Assembly: GCA_017499595.2 (NCBI GenBank)
Contig: CM039002.1
Coordinates: 3,286,001-3,350,000 of the forward strand
Reading direction: 5' to 3'
DNA length: 64,000 nt
Source: Psilocybe cubensis
Lineage: Eukaryota
Part shown: positions 36,441 to 48,378 of the stretch, piece by piece
Layout of the letters: every line of letters starts with the position of its first letter
How positions within the stretch are numbered: position 1 is the first letter of the stretch
Notes under the pieces: model-generated
Told to the model about the DNA's origin: nothing
What the model saw: only the letters and a program-made list of their open reading frames with translations
The model's database searches: none
Translations under genes and position numbers: made by a program

Positions 36441-38499
36441 CCACACTGACTGTGGCGGCTGTTGTGCTGCTTCGGTCCCGTTTGCGAGTTGGAACTGTTA
36501 TTTCCGCTCCAGAGTTAGGATCAATCATAGTTACTTCAGATGACCCATCCTCAAAGTGCCTAGTGACCAGACGCGTGAGGCACATGAAAGGCAGTCCTAC
36601 CAAGAGTTCATATGGTGCGTCTTGAACCACTTGCACCTGCACATAGAAGTCATATCCTCCAATGGATATCTTCAGGTTTTGTATGAGTCCGAGTGTCTTG
36701 TCCTTGCTTGCATTGGCTGACTCCATAACCATCACATGGTCGGACCTGATTGGAACTGCCAGCTTCTCCCAGATGTCCTTCCTGATTCCAACAATTTGGG
36801 ACCCTTCATCCATGATCCCTTCGACCTTCATGTCCCCAATGGTAAAGTCTAGACATCTCAACTCTTGTACATGGTCTGCCACTACCATCCCTTCTTTGTT
36901 GGGCAAGAGCGAAGCAAGGTAAGCCGAGTATTCTTCACTCTGAGGCATTCCTACTACCATGCTAGACCCTGTCTGCTCGGTAGGGATGCGTCTGGCCGTA
37001 ATCAGGTCCTTGAACTGTCTCCTAACCTCTGGTGCCACTGCCAGCAGTTCCCTGTTGGACAGTGTCACTGTGGCGTCTAGTGCTGTATCCAGTACTTTCT
37101 TCACGATTTTTACCTCTTCTATGGGTGTAGAGTACCTGAACTGTGTACTGTTGGCCGAGTGCGATGCAGGTATGGTTGGAACGGCCGGTGCGAGTGTCTT
37201 GGTCGGGTCGTGGGAAATCGTATCTGCCGCCTTGGTTTTGCTTCTCGTTGCTGGTCCCCCGGTTCCCTTGGTTCCGAAGTACTTCTTTCTGGTATCGTCA
37301 ATTTTCTTTTGTGTGGATGCCACAAGCGATTCCATGATTTGTAAGTCCTCAATTTCGCGTTCGGTAGGTGGTGCAACCTCGTTGTGCGCAAAGTCCATCG
37401 CGGCGGCGAAAGCCGACGTCGTGGGAATCTCCCATTTGAACTCCGAACCTGCACTCACCATGTTTGATGATACGGTTGGCGAGTTAGCAGATTTGCTTTT
37501 ATGCCAGTTATCAACACGCTCCATGATATTCCTTCCCGGTGCGGTTCGAGGGGTGACACGTGTCCCATCTGGTAACACCAAGAAATTTTCGCTATTGCGC
37601 ACACAGAGCCCCTTTTTGATATATTCCGCCGCTTTGGCACAACTATGTTGATAATGTGATGGATCAGAGCAGAAGGAACAGTCGTTGTTGCGAGGTCTAG
37701 GTGCTCCTTGAGTTTGCAACGTCGGGTACCCTTGATTCTGGGCGTTTTGGTACACGTTTGATGGAGCATGTTGTAAGTTCATCTGTTTTATGAGTTCCAG
37801 TGCCAGGGCACTCATGTTGAAGTTGCTCGTTTGTTGCAGTGCTGGAGCAATACTAGATATATCAAAATGCTCGCGCTTGACTGAGGGAGACGCTTCGAGT
37901 GCTGGCGCCACAATTTCGGTGTCGTCGTGGTTGCAGGATAATATGAATAGTGCTGCCTCGCATATTTGGTTTAGCGTGTAAGGGTCGTCACTGTGATGCT
38001 TCGGGTTTTCAGCCCTTAGCTGGGCTCGGACCTGTACTCTGAAGGCATAGTCTAGACCTCTCATGAACAGGTTACTTATTTCACGATCGTTCAACTTGTT
38101 TTTCGATTTAAGGAACCGTGAAATTTTCGAAAATGCGCGGTAATATGTTCCAAATTGTTCCGAGTTTGTGATTTGTCCGGCAGCTTGTTTTTCAGTGAGC
38201 ATTTCCAGATTTGCAACTGAGTATTTCCTGTCTCCTGTCGATCCGGGATACTGTGCAAGCAGCTCGCGTTTGAAAGCAATCCAGTCATCACCTGACGAGG
38301 TATCTAAACCGCTCCATAGCTCGTGTTCGTCGCTTCCTGGGGCATAACGAATCGTCCAATCGATGGTCTGCTTGGGGGTAAGCTCACAGCTCGTTGCTAG
38401 CTGTTCAATGTCGTCTAGAAACATAGGAAGTGACCCCGCAGTTCCATCGAACTTGGGAGCGGAGCTATGGTTCTTGCTAGGCATGTTTGGTGGCGCCAT
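36433..38499 (-). CDS. gag: Gypsy gag-protease polyprotein (688 aa)
   Basis: APKFDG capsid-like start, CSFCSDPSHYQHSC zinc knuckle, aspartic protease IMDEGSQIV...LLVGLPF. Confidence 0.92.
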   Translation of the reverse strand: MAPPNMPSKNHSSAPKFDGTAGSLPMFLDDIEQLATSCELTPKQTIDWTIRYAPGSDEHELWSGLDTSSGDDWIAFKRELLAQYPGSTGDRKYSVANLEMLTEKQAAGQITNSEQFGTYYRAFSKISRFLKSKNKLNDREISNLFMRGLDYAFRVQVRAQLRAENPKHHSDDPYTLNQICEAALFILSCNHDDTEIVAPALEASPSVKREHFDISSIAPALQQTSNFNMSALALELIKQMNLQHAPSNVYQNAQNQGYPTLQTQGAPRPRNNDCSFCSDPSHYQHSCAKAAEYIKKGLCVRNSENFLVLPDGTRVTPRTAPGRNIMERVDNWHKSKSANSPTVSSNMVSAGSEFKWEIPTTSAFAAAMDFAHNEVAPPTEREIEDLQIMESLVASTQKKIDDTRKKYFGTKGTGGPATRSKTKAADTISHDPTKTLAPAVPTIPASHSANSTQFRYSTPIEEVKIVKKVLDTALDATVTLSNRELLAVAPEVRRQFKDLITARRIPTEQTGSSMVVGMPQSEEYSAYLASLLPNKEGMVVADHVQELRCLDFTIGDMKVEGIMDEGSQIVGIRKDIWEKLAVPIRSDHVMVMESANASKDKTLGLIQNLKISIGGYDFYVQVQVVQDAPYELLVGLPFMCLTRLVTRHFEDGSSEVTMIDPNSGAEITVPTRKRDRSSTTAATVSVDF

Positions 38500-38739
38500 C
38501 TTGGTTGCAATTCCCCAATTTACTGGAACAAATGTGGGTCGGGTCGGGGACGACTGTGCAGAGGCGTTCGATGAATCCGATGACGAATCGGTTTCAGATA
38601 AAGGCTGGCGGTAGTGAAAATAATGGGGAAAATATGTAGGTGTTGGACGCGTTTCCGTGGCGTCTTGGGTGTTCTCGAGTCCCTCCTTGTTTGGGGCACT
38701 CGAGAATCAAGGATAGGGTGGTTTACAACCTTTAGAACC

Positions 38740-38757
38740 CCTCGCGGTGGGCTCCAG
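38740..38757 (-). promoter_or_regulatory. Primer binding site of the gypsy element
   Basis: TGGAGCCCACCGCGAG begins 2 nt after the 5' LTR and is complementary to a CCA-ended tRNA. The tRNA identity was not determined. Confidence 0.75.
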
Positions 38758-38758
38758 T

Positions 38759-39386
38759 TGAAGTGAGTTATGGTTGTGTGTGTGCGAAGCTTGCAGACTC
38801 CGTCTGCAATGTCCAAGGTTGTAGATAATGTCTGAATGGTGTAGCAAGATGCAAGTTGGAGTTTTAATTGAGAGAAAATCGAAACAGATCGATCCTTGCC
38901 GAGTGCGATTCACTCCGAGACAAGGTGGACGAAATGTGAGGGAAAAAAAAAAATAGCTCTGTATTCCACTAAAGTCTCGTCTCCCACTACCTAAGTTAAT
39001 ATATAGTAATTTGTTATCTTCGCCAAGCTGTTACTGCTGCGTGCTGAGCCAGACACCACCTCCTCCGTGACACTCGTTTCCCTGTTCGTTGCGCCTGTGG
39101 GCACTTTGACAGGGGCTCATCAATGCTTGGCGGTCGTGGTTATTTCCTTATTCGACCCCCCTTGGCGAGTGTGGCGCACGCACTCGTATGCTGTAGTTTG
39201 AAAAGACTTATCTTGCATTTTGTCCCTTATCTTCCCCTGTGTGTGATAAGGTCATCGGTGCAGCGCTCCTGTATCACGTCGGAAGTCGCATCCGTCGGCA
39301 CAGCTATGGGCTTTTGCTCTGTCTCGTGACGCCAGGCTTTTGCTATCGCGCGCGCTTTTGATCGCAGACGGTAGTGGGTTCCCACA
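38759..39386 (-). repeat. Gypsy 5' LTR
   Basis: Direct repeat of 31601-32228. Confidence 0.97.
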
Positions 39387-40151
39387 ACAGGTTGATTTAA
39401 TGGCCATCTAAAAGCTGGCTCAGACCACCATGTTCATAAAGGCAAACAATGACTCACCTTTTGTGCGTTTGATAACACAAAGTTCTCATCTTTTTGCAGC
39501 TCATAATCAGCCAAAAAACTGCTCAGCTGCCCGAGTCCTTGTAGATGTGTTTGCGTGGCAGTCAGTGCTTTATGCAGACGAACTTCGGCCCCAAACTGGC
39601 AGGCCAACATCATGATTCGACTTATCACTTCGGTGTAAGGAGGTTGCTCTTCAGGCATGGCTGTACAGATCTGCGGGTTTACGAGTTAGAAGCAGTTTGA
39701 TGTAGGCGTTATGTAAAAAACAAGTTTACCTGATAAAGAAAAGTGAGATCTGCACTGTGGTCGCTTGTGAGGTTGAATCGGTGAACCAGGTTGTCAATAA
39801 ACAGCTGTGTACCAGTTGGGCGGTCCACGTCACGAGAAACAGGCTGTGATGCAAAAGCTGGGTCAATCGAAGAATGAGACATTGTGGATTCAGAATCAAG
39901 CAAACGTCTCTTACCTTGCTTTTATACCCCAAGTTTGATTTGCCATGTTTGCCACAACAAACGAATCGCATCGCGTTCGAGGTCAATCAACAATTTGCGT
40001 CGTGTCACGTCGACAACAACAAACCTACGCGTCACATAAAAAGGAGGCGTCAAAGTTATTCCAAAGGTTTGCTCACCTTTTGTCTCACTCTCTCACTCCC
40101 TTAACCATCAGTCTGATATTTGTGTGGTTTCGTTATCTTGAACCGCTCAAC

Positions 40152-41055
40152 ATGTCTACCAACACTCTTGACAATTGTCTACCATCCCGCCTGCTGTCGC
40201 CTAAGACTCCATCGCCAAAAAAAAGTTTCAGGAAGCACAACCAAGATGAAGACGATGAGGCACCTAAAAAGTACCTGTCAACTCTGAATGCAGGTCAGTA
40301 AACAAACCTTGTTAAACCTCAGCATAACCTACCCTGACCTCCCACCTGTAGGGCTTGACGTTACTGATGGTCTGCCCAACTACAGTTTTTATGGCCTTGG
40401 TAAATAGAATCTTATCACGAACGCACTTGAACTTACACCATCCAAACTCAACTAGGTGATACTCCTGGATCAACGTGCCAAAGCGATCTCGAAGACCAGC
40501 CGGTTGTATCCAAAATGCCTGAAAAGAATGGTGCATTTCATAAGTTGACAGTATTGCTGTGAAAGGTTGAGACCACTCACATCCACTTTATTAGACCATT
40601 CCTCCGAGGTTCCCCGCAACAAAACCACAATCGGCTTGAACAGGGCCTATCCACGTTCCCGACGCGATCTGGAGGCAGAGATTACTGTTCGGCGTGAAAT
40701 AGCCATCGAGGCAACAAGAGAAGCTGCGGCCTATAAGGATCAGCTTCGAACGGCATGGTTGGACCTTGCCGCAGCACGCCAGGAGGCCCAGTCAACTAAA
40801 AAGGCGGTGAAAAACTTGGTTAGGTCTGTGAAGAATTCCAAACGACGCTCTGCATACCTGACGTTGGTGGTGGAGGGTCTAGAAGAGCAGTTGAGGACAT
40901 ATGTCAGACAGGAACACAACACAGCAATTATGCTGGTGGAAGAGAGGCATTGGAGCCAACAGCTAAAAGCAGCGTTGACGTCCCATGGCATTAACGTACC
41001 GGTTTACATTCCTCCTCAGCCTTTGCAGTCTGACAATCCCATCGCTATTGTTTAG
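40152..41055 (+). CDS. Coiled-coil hypothetical protein, multi-exon
   Basis: MSTNTLDNCLPS... with final exon RRDLEAEITVRREIA...QQLKAALTSHGINVP showing a heptad pattern. Confidence 0.55.
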
Positions 41056-41304
41056 ACGGTTTGTGAGATAGAATCTGCAGCACTTTCAATACTATATTGT
41101 CAATTTGGCCTTACAAAAGGGATGCATGAAATATAACGCACCTGGGTAGTATTCCTGAGACCTGCATTACTCTGCGGTGTTTGTGTTTGTAGCGGACTGA
41201 CGTATTACCAGGTGTTCTGAGGTCAAAGCAGTTGAAGTGTGTCGCAGGTGCGACGCGTCCACCTACGTCACCTGACCCCTATCACCTGACCCCTGATCTG
41301 TTTA

Positions 41305-43597
41305 ATGAGGTTCAACATTCCCCTCATTCGCGTTCGTATAAATACCCGTCCCACCGGTAAGCAAACGTTTGTATATCAGAAACGCGACAGGGCCCAGCTC
41401 TCGCGTTGGTTAGAGGCTTGCCAGGCGAGGGATCACCCCTGGGCCAGGTCTGTCAAACTGCCAGCCAACGCAGGAGCTAGGGCGTGTCGTGATTGCAAGA
41501 ACCCTGCTCACCGTCGGTTTTTGCATGCATAGATGTCGGCCTGCCAATGGGCGCGCTATACGGTACGTCCTTGGAAACTTTTCTATGCATATACCGAGTT
41601 TTAAATCGGAAATCTGTTCAAGCAGACACGATCTGGGAGGGTGTATGCCCAGTGTCAGCCTGAGGTATGGGAGGATCCGTTGGCTTTTGACTTGATCTCT
41701 GCCTGGCGGGCAGCAGATGCAAGGGAGGACACAGACTTGTTAGATCTGGATCAAGGTGAGTCACCATGTTTGCCTACTCGTCATCTGCCCATTCACGTAC
41801 TTGTCAATAGATGTCTTGATTCCATCGACCGACGATACGTCGATGCCATCCGTTCACGACATCTGGACGCCGTCGATCCACGATGCGTCGAAGAATTGGT
41901 CGACGGACGATACCTGGATGCAGTTTACGAACAATACGTCGACGCCGACGGCGTTGATCCACGACGTGTCGACCCCGTCAACCCGCGAATCGACGACGTC
42001 GATCCACGACGTGTCGACCCCGTCAACCCGCGAATCGACGACGTCAGCCCACAACGTGTCGACCCCGTCAACCCGCGAGTCAATGCTGTCAGTCCATAAT
42101 GCGTCAACCCCGTCAACCCACGAATCGACGACGTCAGCCCACAACGCGTCGACGCCGTCAACCCGCGAATCGACGACGTCAGCCCACAACGCGTCGACCC
42201 CGTCAACCCGCGAGTCGATGCTGTCAGCCCACGATGCGTCGACACCATCGGTTGACAATATGTCGACACCGCCGATTGTACCTTCGCAATCGTCGACCAA
42301 GCTTTCGCTTTTGTTACCTCAGCGAGACCCATCCGTGCAAACCGCCAGCCTGAAAAGGCCATACGATGGGCTTTCCAACAGTCATCGCAGCCGCAAGTAT
42401 CAGCGGACGTTACAATACAATAAGCACGGACACGCACCAAAACCCAGTCTTTTAAGCATGCTTCCCAGCTGCCAGCCAGAGGCTCTCAACGTCAAGCTTG
42501 ACGCTTTGCCTGCCACGCAAGGCGCCTATGGTGCTAAACCAACAAAACCCCACAAAAGTCACCTATATAGCTTGGATGCCATCAAGGCCCTTGGGTTCCG
42601 CATTATACCTTGGGATGGATGGTGAGTTACAACTGTTCTGATCTGTTCAGTTTGATGGAGTTAAAGCTAATGCACTATAGCACCCCCGTCCCGTTTGTTT
42701 CTGAAGACGGACGTATTTTTATGGTTCTGGCAGGCCGTCCTAAGGACCCTGCATACGAACGTGCCACGGAGGAAGCATTCGATCTACTGAGGGAGGCCGG
42801 ACACACCACAGCGTTTACACACGAAGACTATTCAGAAAATCGTGGTCATTATCCCGCACTCAACATCGGCGTTACACACAGTGTAGGGACACACTCTCCA
42901 CTCAACCGCGTCCAGCGCCATCCCAAAATCACTGCCAAGCTCTTGCAGTCGGAAAGCATTCAACGAATGGCCAGTTTTGCCAGCAGTAAGTGACTCCTAT
43001 GCCTGTTTTGTGAACCTGTTTTTAAACACATCCACAGGTGCATTTGCTACATGGAGCCCTAAAGTGTACAACCACTATAAGTTGTACATGGATAAGATAT
43101 TCGCCAATGACTCCACGCTAGTCCGACTGTTTCGCCGCAGCATATTTCCGGCGGCCACCTTCAACCTAGGGTCTGTGGTTTGCACCATCCCGCATTTTGA
43201 TATCAAAAACTGTCCATATGGCTGGTGCGCCATCCAGTCTTTAGGGAAATTCAATGCCAAAAAGGGTGGTCACTTTGTGGTGTGGGGCCTGAAAGTGGCC
43301 ATTGAGTTCCCTGCAGGATCTACCATCCTTATGCCGTCCGCCGTCCTAGAACATTCAAACACCAGCATTGAACACGGAGAGGAGCGTGCTTCCTTTACTC
43401 AGTATGCTTCAGGTGGCCTGTTTAGATGGGTTGATTATGGCTACCGCACCAAGAAGGAGTTAAAACGTACAAACCCCAAGCTTTATCAAGAGCAAATGGA
43501 GCTTAGGCCAACACGATGGAAGAGGGGGTTGGGCATGTTGTGCACCTTACAAGATCTTATTTCAAAAGCTGCGTTTGAGGTCTCTGGACAAGTTTGA
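41305..43597 (+). CDS. TET/JBP-family dioxygenase with Ser/Thr-rich repeat N-terminus (5' exon structure uncertain)
   Basis: LGFRIIPWDG|CTPVPFVSEDGRIFMVLAGRP..RGHYPALNIGV; TIPHFDIKNCPYGWCAIQSLGKFN..GGHFVVWGLK.AIEFPAGSTILMPSAVLEHSN..ERASFTQYASGGLFRWVDYG (HxD...H...R intact). Confidence 0.88.
41956..42245 (+). repeat. 45-bp CpG-rich coding minisatellite (~6 units) in the TET/JBP gene
   Basis: GTCGACCCCGTCAACCCGCGAATCGACGACGTCAGCCCACAACGC variants encoding STPSTRESTTSAHNA. Confidence 0.9.
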
Positions 43598-43650
43598 TCT
43601 GCTATTCTTCTTGTAGAATTCTAGTAAATAAATACAGTATGGTTTTACTT

Positions 43651-46600
43651 CTATCGAAAGTCCAATGTTATTTGACCTGGATATACCACAGATGCTTGCC
43701 TGCTACGTCGAGGTGAACTAACACCTCCAGAAGATGTTCCTGCTGAAGCATGTTGAGGCAAACTGACACCCCCAGAAGGTGTGGCTGCTAGAGTAGGGGT
43801 GCCCAAGGGGCTCTGGGCATGTTGTCTCAAGGCGGCTGTTGGTGTTTTGGTTGGTTTGGAAGTACTTGATTGGGAGGCTTCTCCTGCCTTCCGTTGAACA
43901 ATGGCTTGAGCCACACTTCTTTGAATTATAGCATCTTCGTTTAACGGGGCAGAGTGGAGGCGAAAACTTTGGAGATGAGCAGCATCGCGCATTTGACACA
44001 TATTGAGGAGGAGCATATCATCCAATGAGTTTTGATGCAGTATCGTTGCCTTAGTCTGATCAGTTTGTATTCGCTCTTGATAGATGTATTGTAGCCCATT
44101 TGCCTGGCATCCATGACGTTGACAGTCATGTTGAGTATTTACGGTGCAAAGAAGGCAACTCCACGGAATGAAGGACCACTCCTGCTGAAGAATCAGACGG
44201 GGCATAAAAACTGGCTGCAGTTGTCCAGCAGGCAATATGTGTGACGGCGGTTGGTGTAAAGCTGTTTGAATAAGAATACCATCGGGCCGGTTTTGAAGAT
44301 GGTTTGGAGAGCCAACCTGCTGCAAGATCTCTCGAACACACCCTATCAGAGGCGGCTGGGATGGATGAATTTGGGCAATGACAAACTGTCCTATGGTGCA
44401 TAGATCCTCGTTTCTCAGATAGACCTGGGAATTGGTTACATACAGTTGTTGGCTGGCTGCAGTATTGAGCACAATGTTGGGAAGCTTTTGGCCACATAAT
44501 GTGCGATGAAATGGTTGAGGATCTGTGCCATTAGATTTGCATGAACCTAGGCCATTGCATTAGACCGCTCACTAGTAGTATAGATTTGTAAATATAACTT
44601 ACCAGCCTTACTGGCAGCAGGTTTCTGCAGTCCCAAATAGCTAGCTGGTGTTGAGTCTGGAGCATCAATAAGGTGAAGACCTCCAGGTCCAGCAGTGCGC
44701 CACTCTGAATTAGCCACATTTGTTGGATCCTTTTTCCAAGACTGATAAAGCTCTTGTGGAAGAAAAAAACCACCACTAAGAAGATGGCGAATCCGATTGC
44801 CTTGCGCAAAGCCACGGGCAATATCATGTGAAGGTGCTTGGTGATTACTGTGAATGCTTTTTGCACGGATAATAGCATTGAATGACTCAAACGATTCCGT
44901 GGCAAACAATATTGCTGGCCCAAACCGACGGACATGTTCTGGAAGATGAAGAATAATGTGAAATTTGGTTTTGTTAAACCACGCGCAGGTCCATGTTGCC
45001 GTTTTCAACAAAAAGTATTTGATGTCGGCCTCTAATCTGGGCTAAAACATGATTTAATTTAATAAAACAATTTAAAGAAAGACACAATGAAGACGCACCA
45101 GGTACTCATCAATGTTAGAGATTGCTGGCTGCCAAATAACCGGAACTAACGTAGATAGGGACACCCATGCATCATAAACCTCCTGAGAAACCATGTCGTA
45201 GATGACAAATGGCGCTACTTGAGCAATAATTCGGAAATCGCGACCAGTTAGTGACCCGGCATAGTTCACTAGTGTGGAGCCATTTAATGTGGGTACACCT
45301 AGACCTGCCACACTGAGGCTGTTTAAACGAATAATCAAAGTTTGCTTTTTAGCAGGAGTAACCTGATTTTGAACTAGGTCTCTCCAAAAATATTTAACGA
45401 AACCCAGCAATACAACATGCAGAATTTCGACGGGAGTGTCCTGATGAGGATCCAAGCCTGGAATATAGATTTAGCTAGTAAATTAAAGCAAAATATTTCA
45501 ATCGCACCAAGTTTCCATACGGGACTTTTGATGTCTCCAGGAAGCTTATCGACAGCCGCTTTAAGAGCTTCTTCCTTTGCCTGAGTAGAAACTTTTCCCT
45601 TATAAGATTTGAAAAGCTTTTCAATAAAGAAGTCCTGGAAAACATCCTTGATGCCAGTTTCCGTTTTTGCAGCTCTAAGTTTTGATTTTGTGCCAATCAT
45701 CTTAGCTTGCTCCAAAAAAGAGTCAAGAGTAGCCATAGTCTCTTTCTTGCGACGCGGTTTGCCAATCTTAGAATCAAAGGTGATTAAAATATAAATTGTT
45801 ATAAAACAACTTTTACGCACCTTTATAAAATCACTAATCCTTCAAAGCATTGACTCCATAGACTCCTTGTACCTCCGCCGTTTGTGAGAAGGCCGTGTGA
45901 AGGTATCTTCAGAATCAACATCACTATGGATTGAAAGGGTAGGAGAGTTGGGTCGAGCACAACTGTCATGTGGAAGATTTTTGTGTGGGCATTCTTGACT
46001 GTCGACTCCTTTGGCCCAGCAAATCCGGCAAAAATATTTCCCTTGCATTCCAATATGACAAGCAAACTCGCTATGCATAGGGTTGTCACCCAGAAGTGCA
46101 AATACAGGTGGAAAAATCATAACGGCCTCTTTGTGTATACAGTCCCATACCCAAATACCATGTTTTTGAGCCAATCTGAAGTTAAAATGATTAGAATATG
46201 TGCAGCAAATATAAGATAGTGACAACTTACTGAAGTTGATCAACCACACCATCAAGCATTTCTAGAGGTGGCGCAATATTTGAAGTGCACAGAAAATGGA
46301 TATTGTATTCTTGTGAACTCTTTTCGCGAGAAAGACCAGCTAGAATAAATAGGTAGCTGTTGTGCTTATTCCACTTCTTGGACTGGTTTCCCGACGTATC
46401 GTCACAGTACATCCATAGTGGCAGAGAATAGACTCGGTGTCCCTTTGCTAATACACGCCAACGATTGCCAATAGTAGGATCTGTACGTGTCCATTTCGAC
46501 AGCCCAGGCCCCGAATTGGATCGCACACCTGTTTACTTATAAGAAATTGAATAAAATATATAAAATATAGTCCATACCAAATATTCGTGAAGGGTGTGAC

Positions 46601-48050
46601 AAGTTATACAACAAGTGATCCTTTGACAACTGAATAAAATTCTTTAGCAATTGGCTTTGCGTGATTTTGATTTCGCGATCTTTGGACACAACCCAACCAC
46701 TAGGAGTATCTTCCATAAGCCAGGCTTTGGCATAAAATACACCTTCTTGGAGAAACCATCGAATAGGAATGCAGCAACGTCCATCAATCAGCATAGTTGG
46801 TTCAAAGATGAAAAAATCATTATTATTGAGCCGTATCATTGGAGTACCATCCTCAGGATTGATTTCACGCAGCCAACCCGAAGCTTGATAGGTTTCGCTA
46901 ATCGATTTGCCCGTATCTTCAGGATAGAAGTGAAGGAACGGTCGGACTTGAGGATTAGACATTTCCTATTCAGATTGGTTAGAAATCAAAAGTATTCATT
47001 TGTAACATATAGATTCATACCTGGGCGAGAATTTGAGACAGAGAATTTACAAAGTATACATTGCCCAGCTTGCCCTTGTACTCCTTCGTCTCAATTCCAC
47101 ACAAATTCTGCAATGCCTTGTTAATGCCTTGCATAGCCTTAACGCTAGGCACATTGTTGACGCCATTGATACGCAGTAGCCAGAGAAATAAATCCAGCTG
47201 ACGACGTGAAAATAGTGATCGTGGAAGGTGCATCAAAACGTCAAGAGAACAAGTCTGATTTATTGATTGAGCAGAAAATCTAACCAATGGCAGGCAAAGA
47301 CTCACAATTTTATCAATCCACGGATACCATTTTCGAGCTTCAGCCGGGTCGGTGTGAATACCGCGCATACGTTTTCGGGGCAAAGATTCATTATCAACTT
47401 GTTCAGTGTCTGATTAAAAGTTAAGGACTCAAACAATATGCGCTATTTAGATGTTACACACCTGAATTGGCTTGCTCATCGCTACTCTCAGAAAGCGGAG
47501 GACTGCCACCACCATCATCAGATCCATCACTCTCGTCATTAGAATTTAGAAAATCCAGAGTAGCTTGACATATTTGGGCAGACGCAAAGTCGATGGGAGA
47601 TGGATCCGACATAATTTCATCATCGTTGAATAGATTCCAGTCAATCCCGGTGAGTGGAGAGACCGTTGACGAAGTGGTTGAAGAAGGTGCAGCCGAGACC
47701 CTAGAAAGGCGAGGGTCATTGGCAGGATACAAAGGCTGGTGTGGTTGACGAGATGCAGACACAAGAATTGCACGTAAGGCGTCCTCTAACAAAAGGGACT
47801 TGTTAACCGGTGGCAACGAGGTTTGTGAAGAAGCAGAGGATTTCTCTTTGGTATGAAATGCCTGCAGAGCTGTTTGGTGTTTTGTGGTGTTGAAGTGCTC
47901 ATTGAGGTGGTGTTTTTGGCGACCTTTTGTATCTTGACAGACCCGGCAATAATAGAGTGTTTGACCGTGTACAATTTGTCGTTGAACGACTATTCTTAAT
48001 TCAGCCGAGTAGTAAGGTGGACCGAGAGTGATGTCACTAACCAGCAGGGT
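43651..48050 (-). CDS. CACTA/CMC (EnSpm-like) fungal transposase, multi-exon (start approximate)
   Basis: N-terminal CRVC..H..H finger; LPLWMYCDDTSGNQSKKWNKH, LLGDNPMHSE, DTPVEILHVVLLG, KFHIILHLPEHVRRFGP..FATESFESFN, NTQHDC. Confidence 0.82.
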
Positions 48051-48378
48051 CAATGCCGAAGACTATTATTAGGCTGCCGTCAAATTAGCTGCCACAAAAA
48101 AAAAGAATCAGAACACGACTGTGGTAAGGAAGTGGATTTGAAGCTATAAAACAGAGACTCATTGACGCACTGGTTATTTTGTGATTTTTAACGCGGCTAA
48201 ACACATCGCCGACGGATGCTAATTTTCAGTATTAAATTTGGTTTTATTTTGTAAATCTAAACATATTTATTTGTAACTCCGATCGACGCCAAAAAAACAG
48301 TGGCAAAGGTCCCGCCGTGTACTGCCCACCTGGCAGTTTCCAGTATATGATGGGTTCAGGTAGCAGGTAAGGCTGAAA

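Larger units (their letters stand above)
31601..39386 (-). mobile_element. Full-length Ty3/gypsy LTR retrotransposon (7786 bp)
   Basis: Two 628-bp TG...CA LTRs, TSD ACAG (31597-31600, 39387-39390), PBS, PPT, and domain order PR-RT-RH-IN. Confidence 0.97.
30532..39882 (-). pseudogene. Multi-exon hypothetical gene split by the gypsy insertion
   Basis: Removing 31601-39386 and one TSD copy restores the in-frame MAIKSTC|IKELLKPSRQSFKTLH. Exons lie at 39882-39387 and 31600-30532. Confidence 0.75.

Noticed and set aside
38735-38758. tRNA gene
   Set aside because: Only a tRNA 3'-end-like segment is present, which is the primer binding site.
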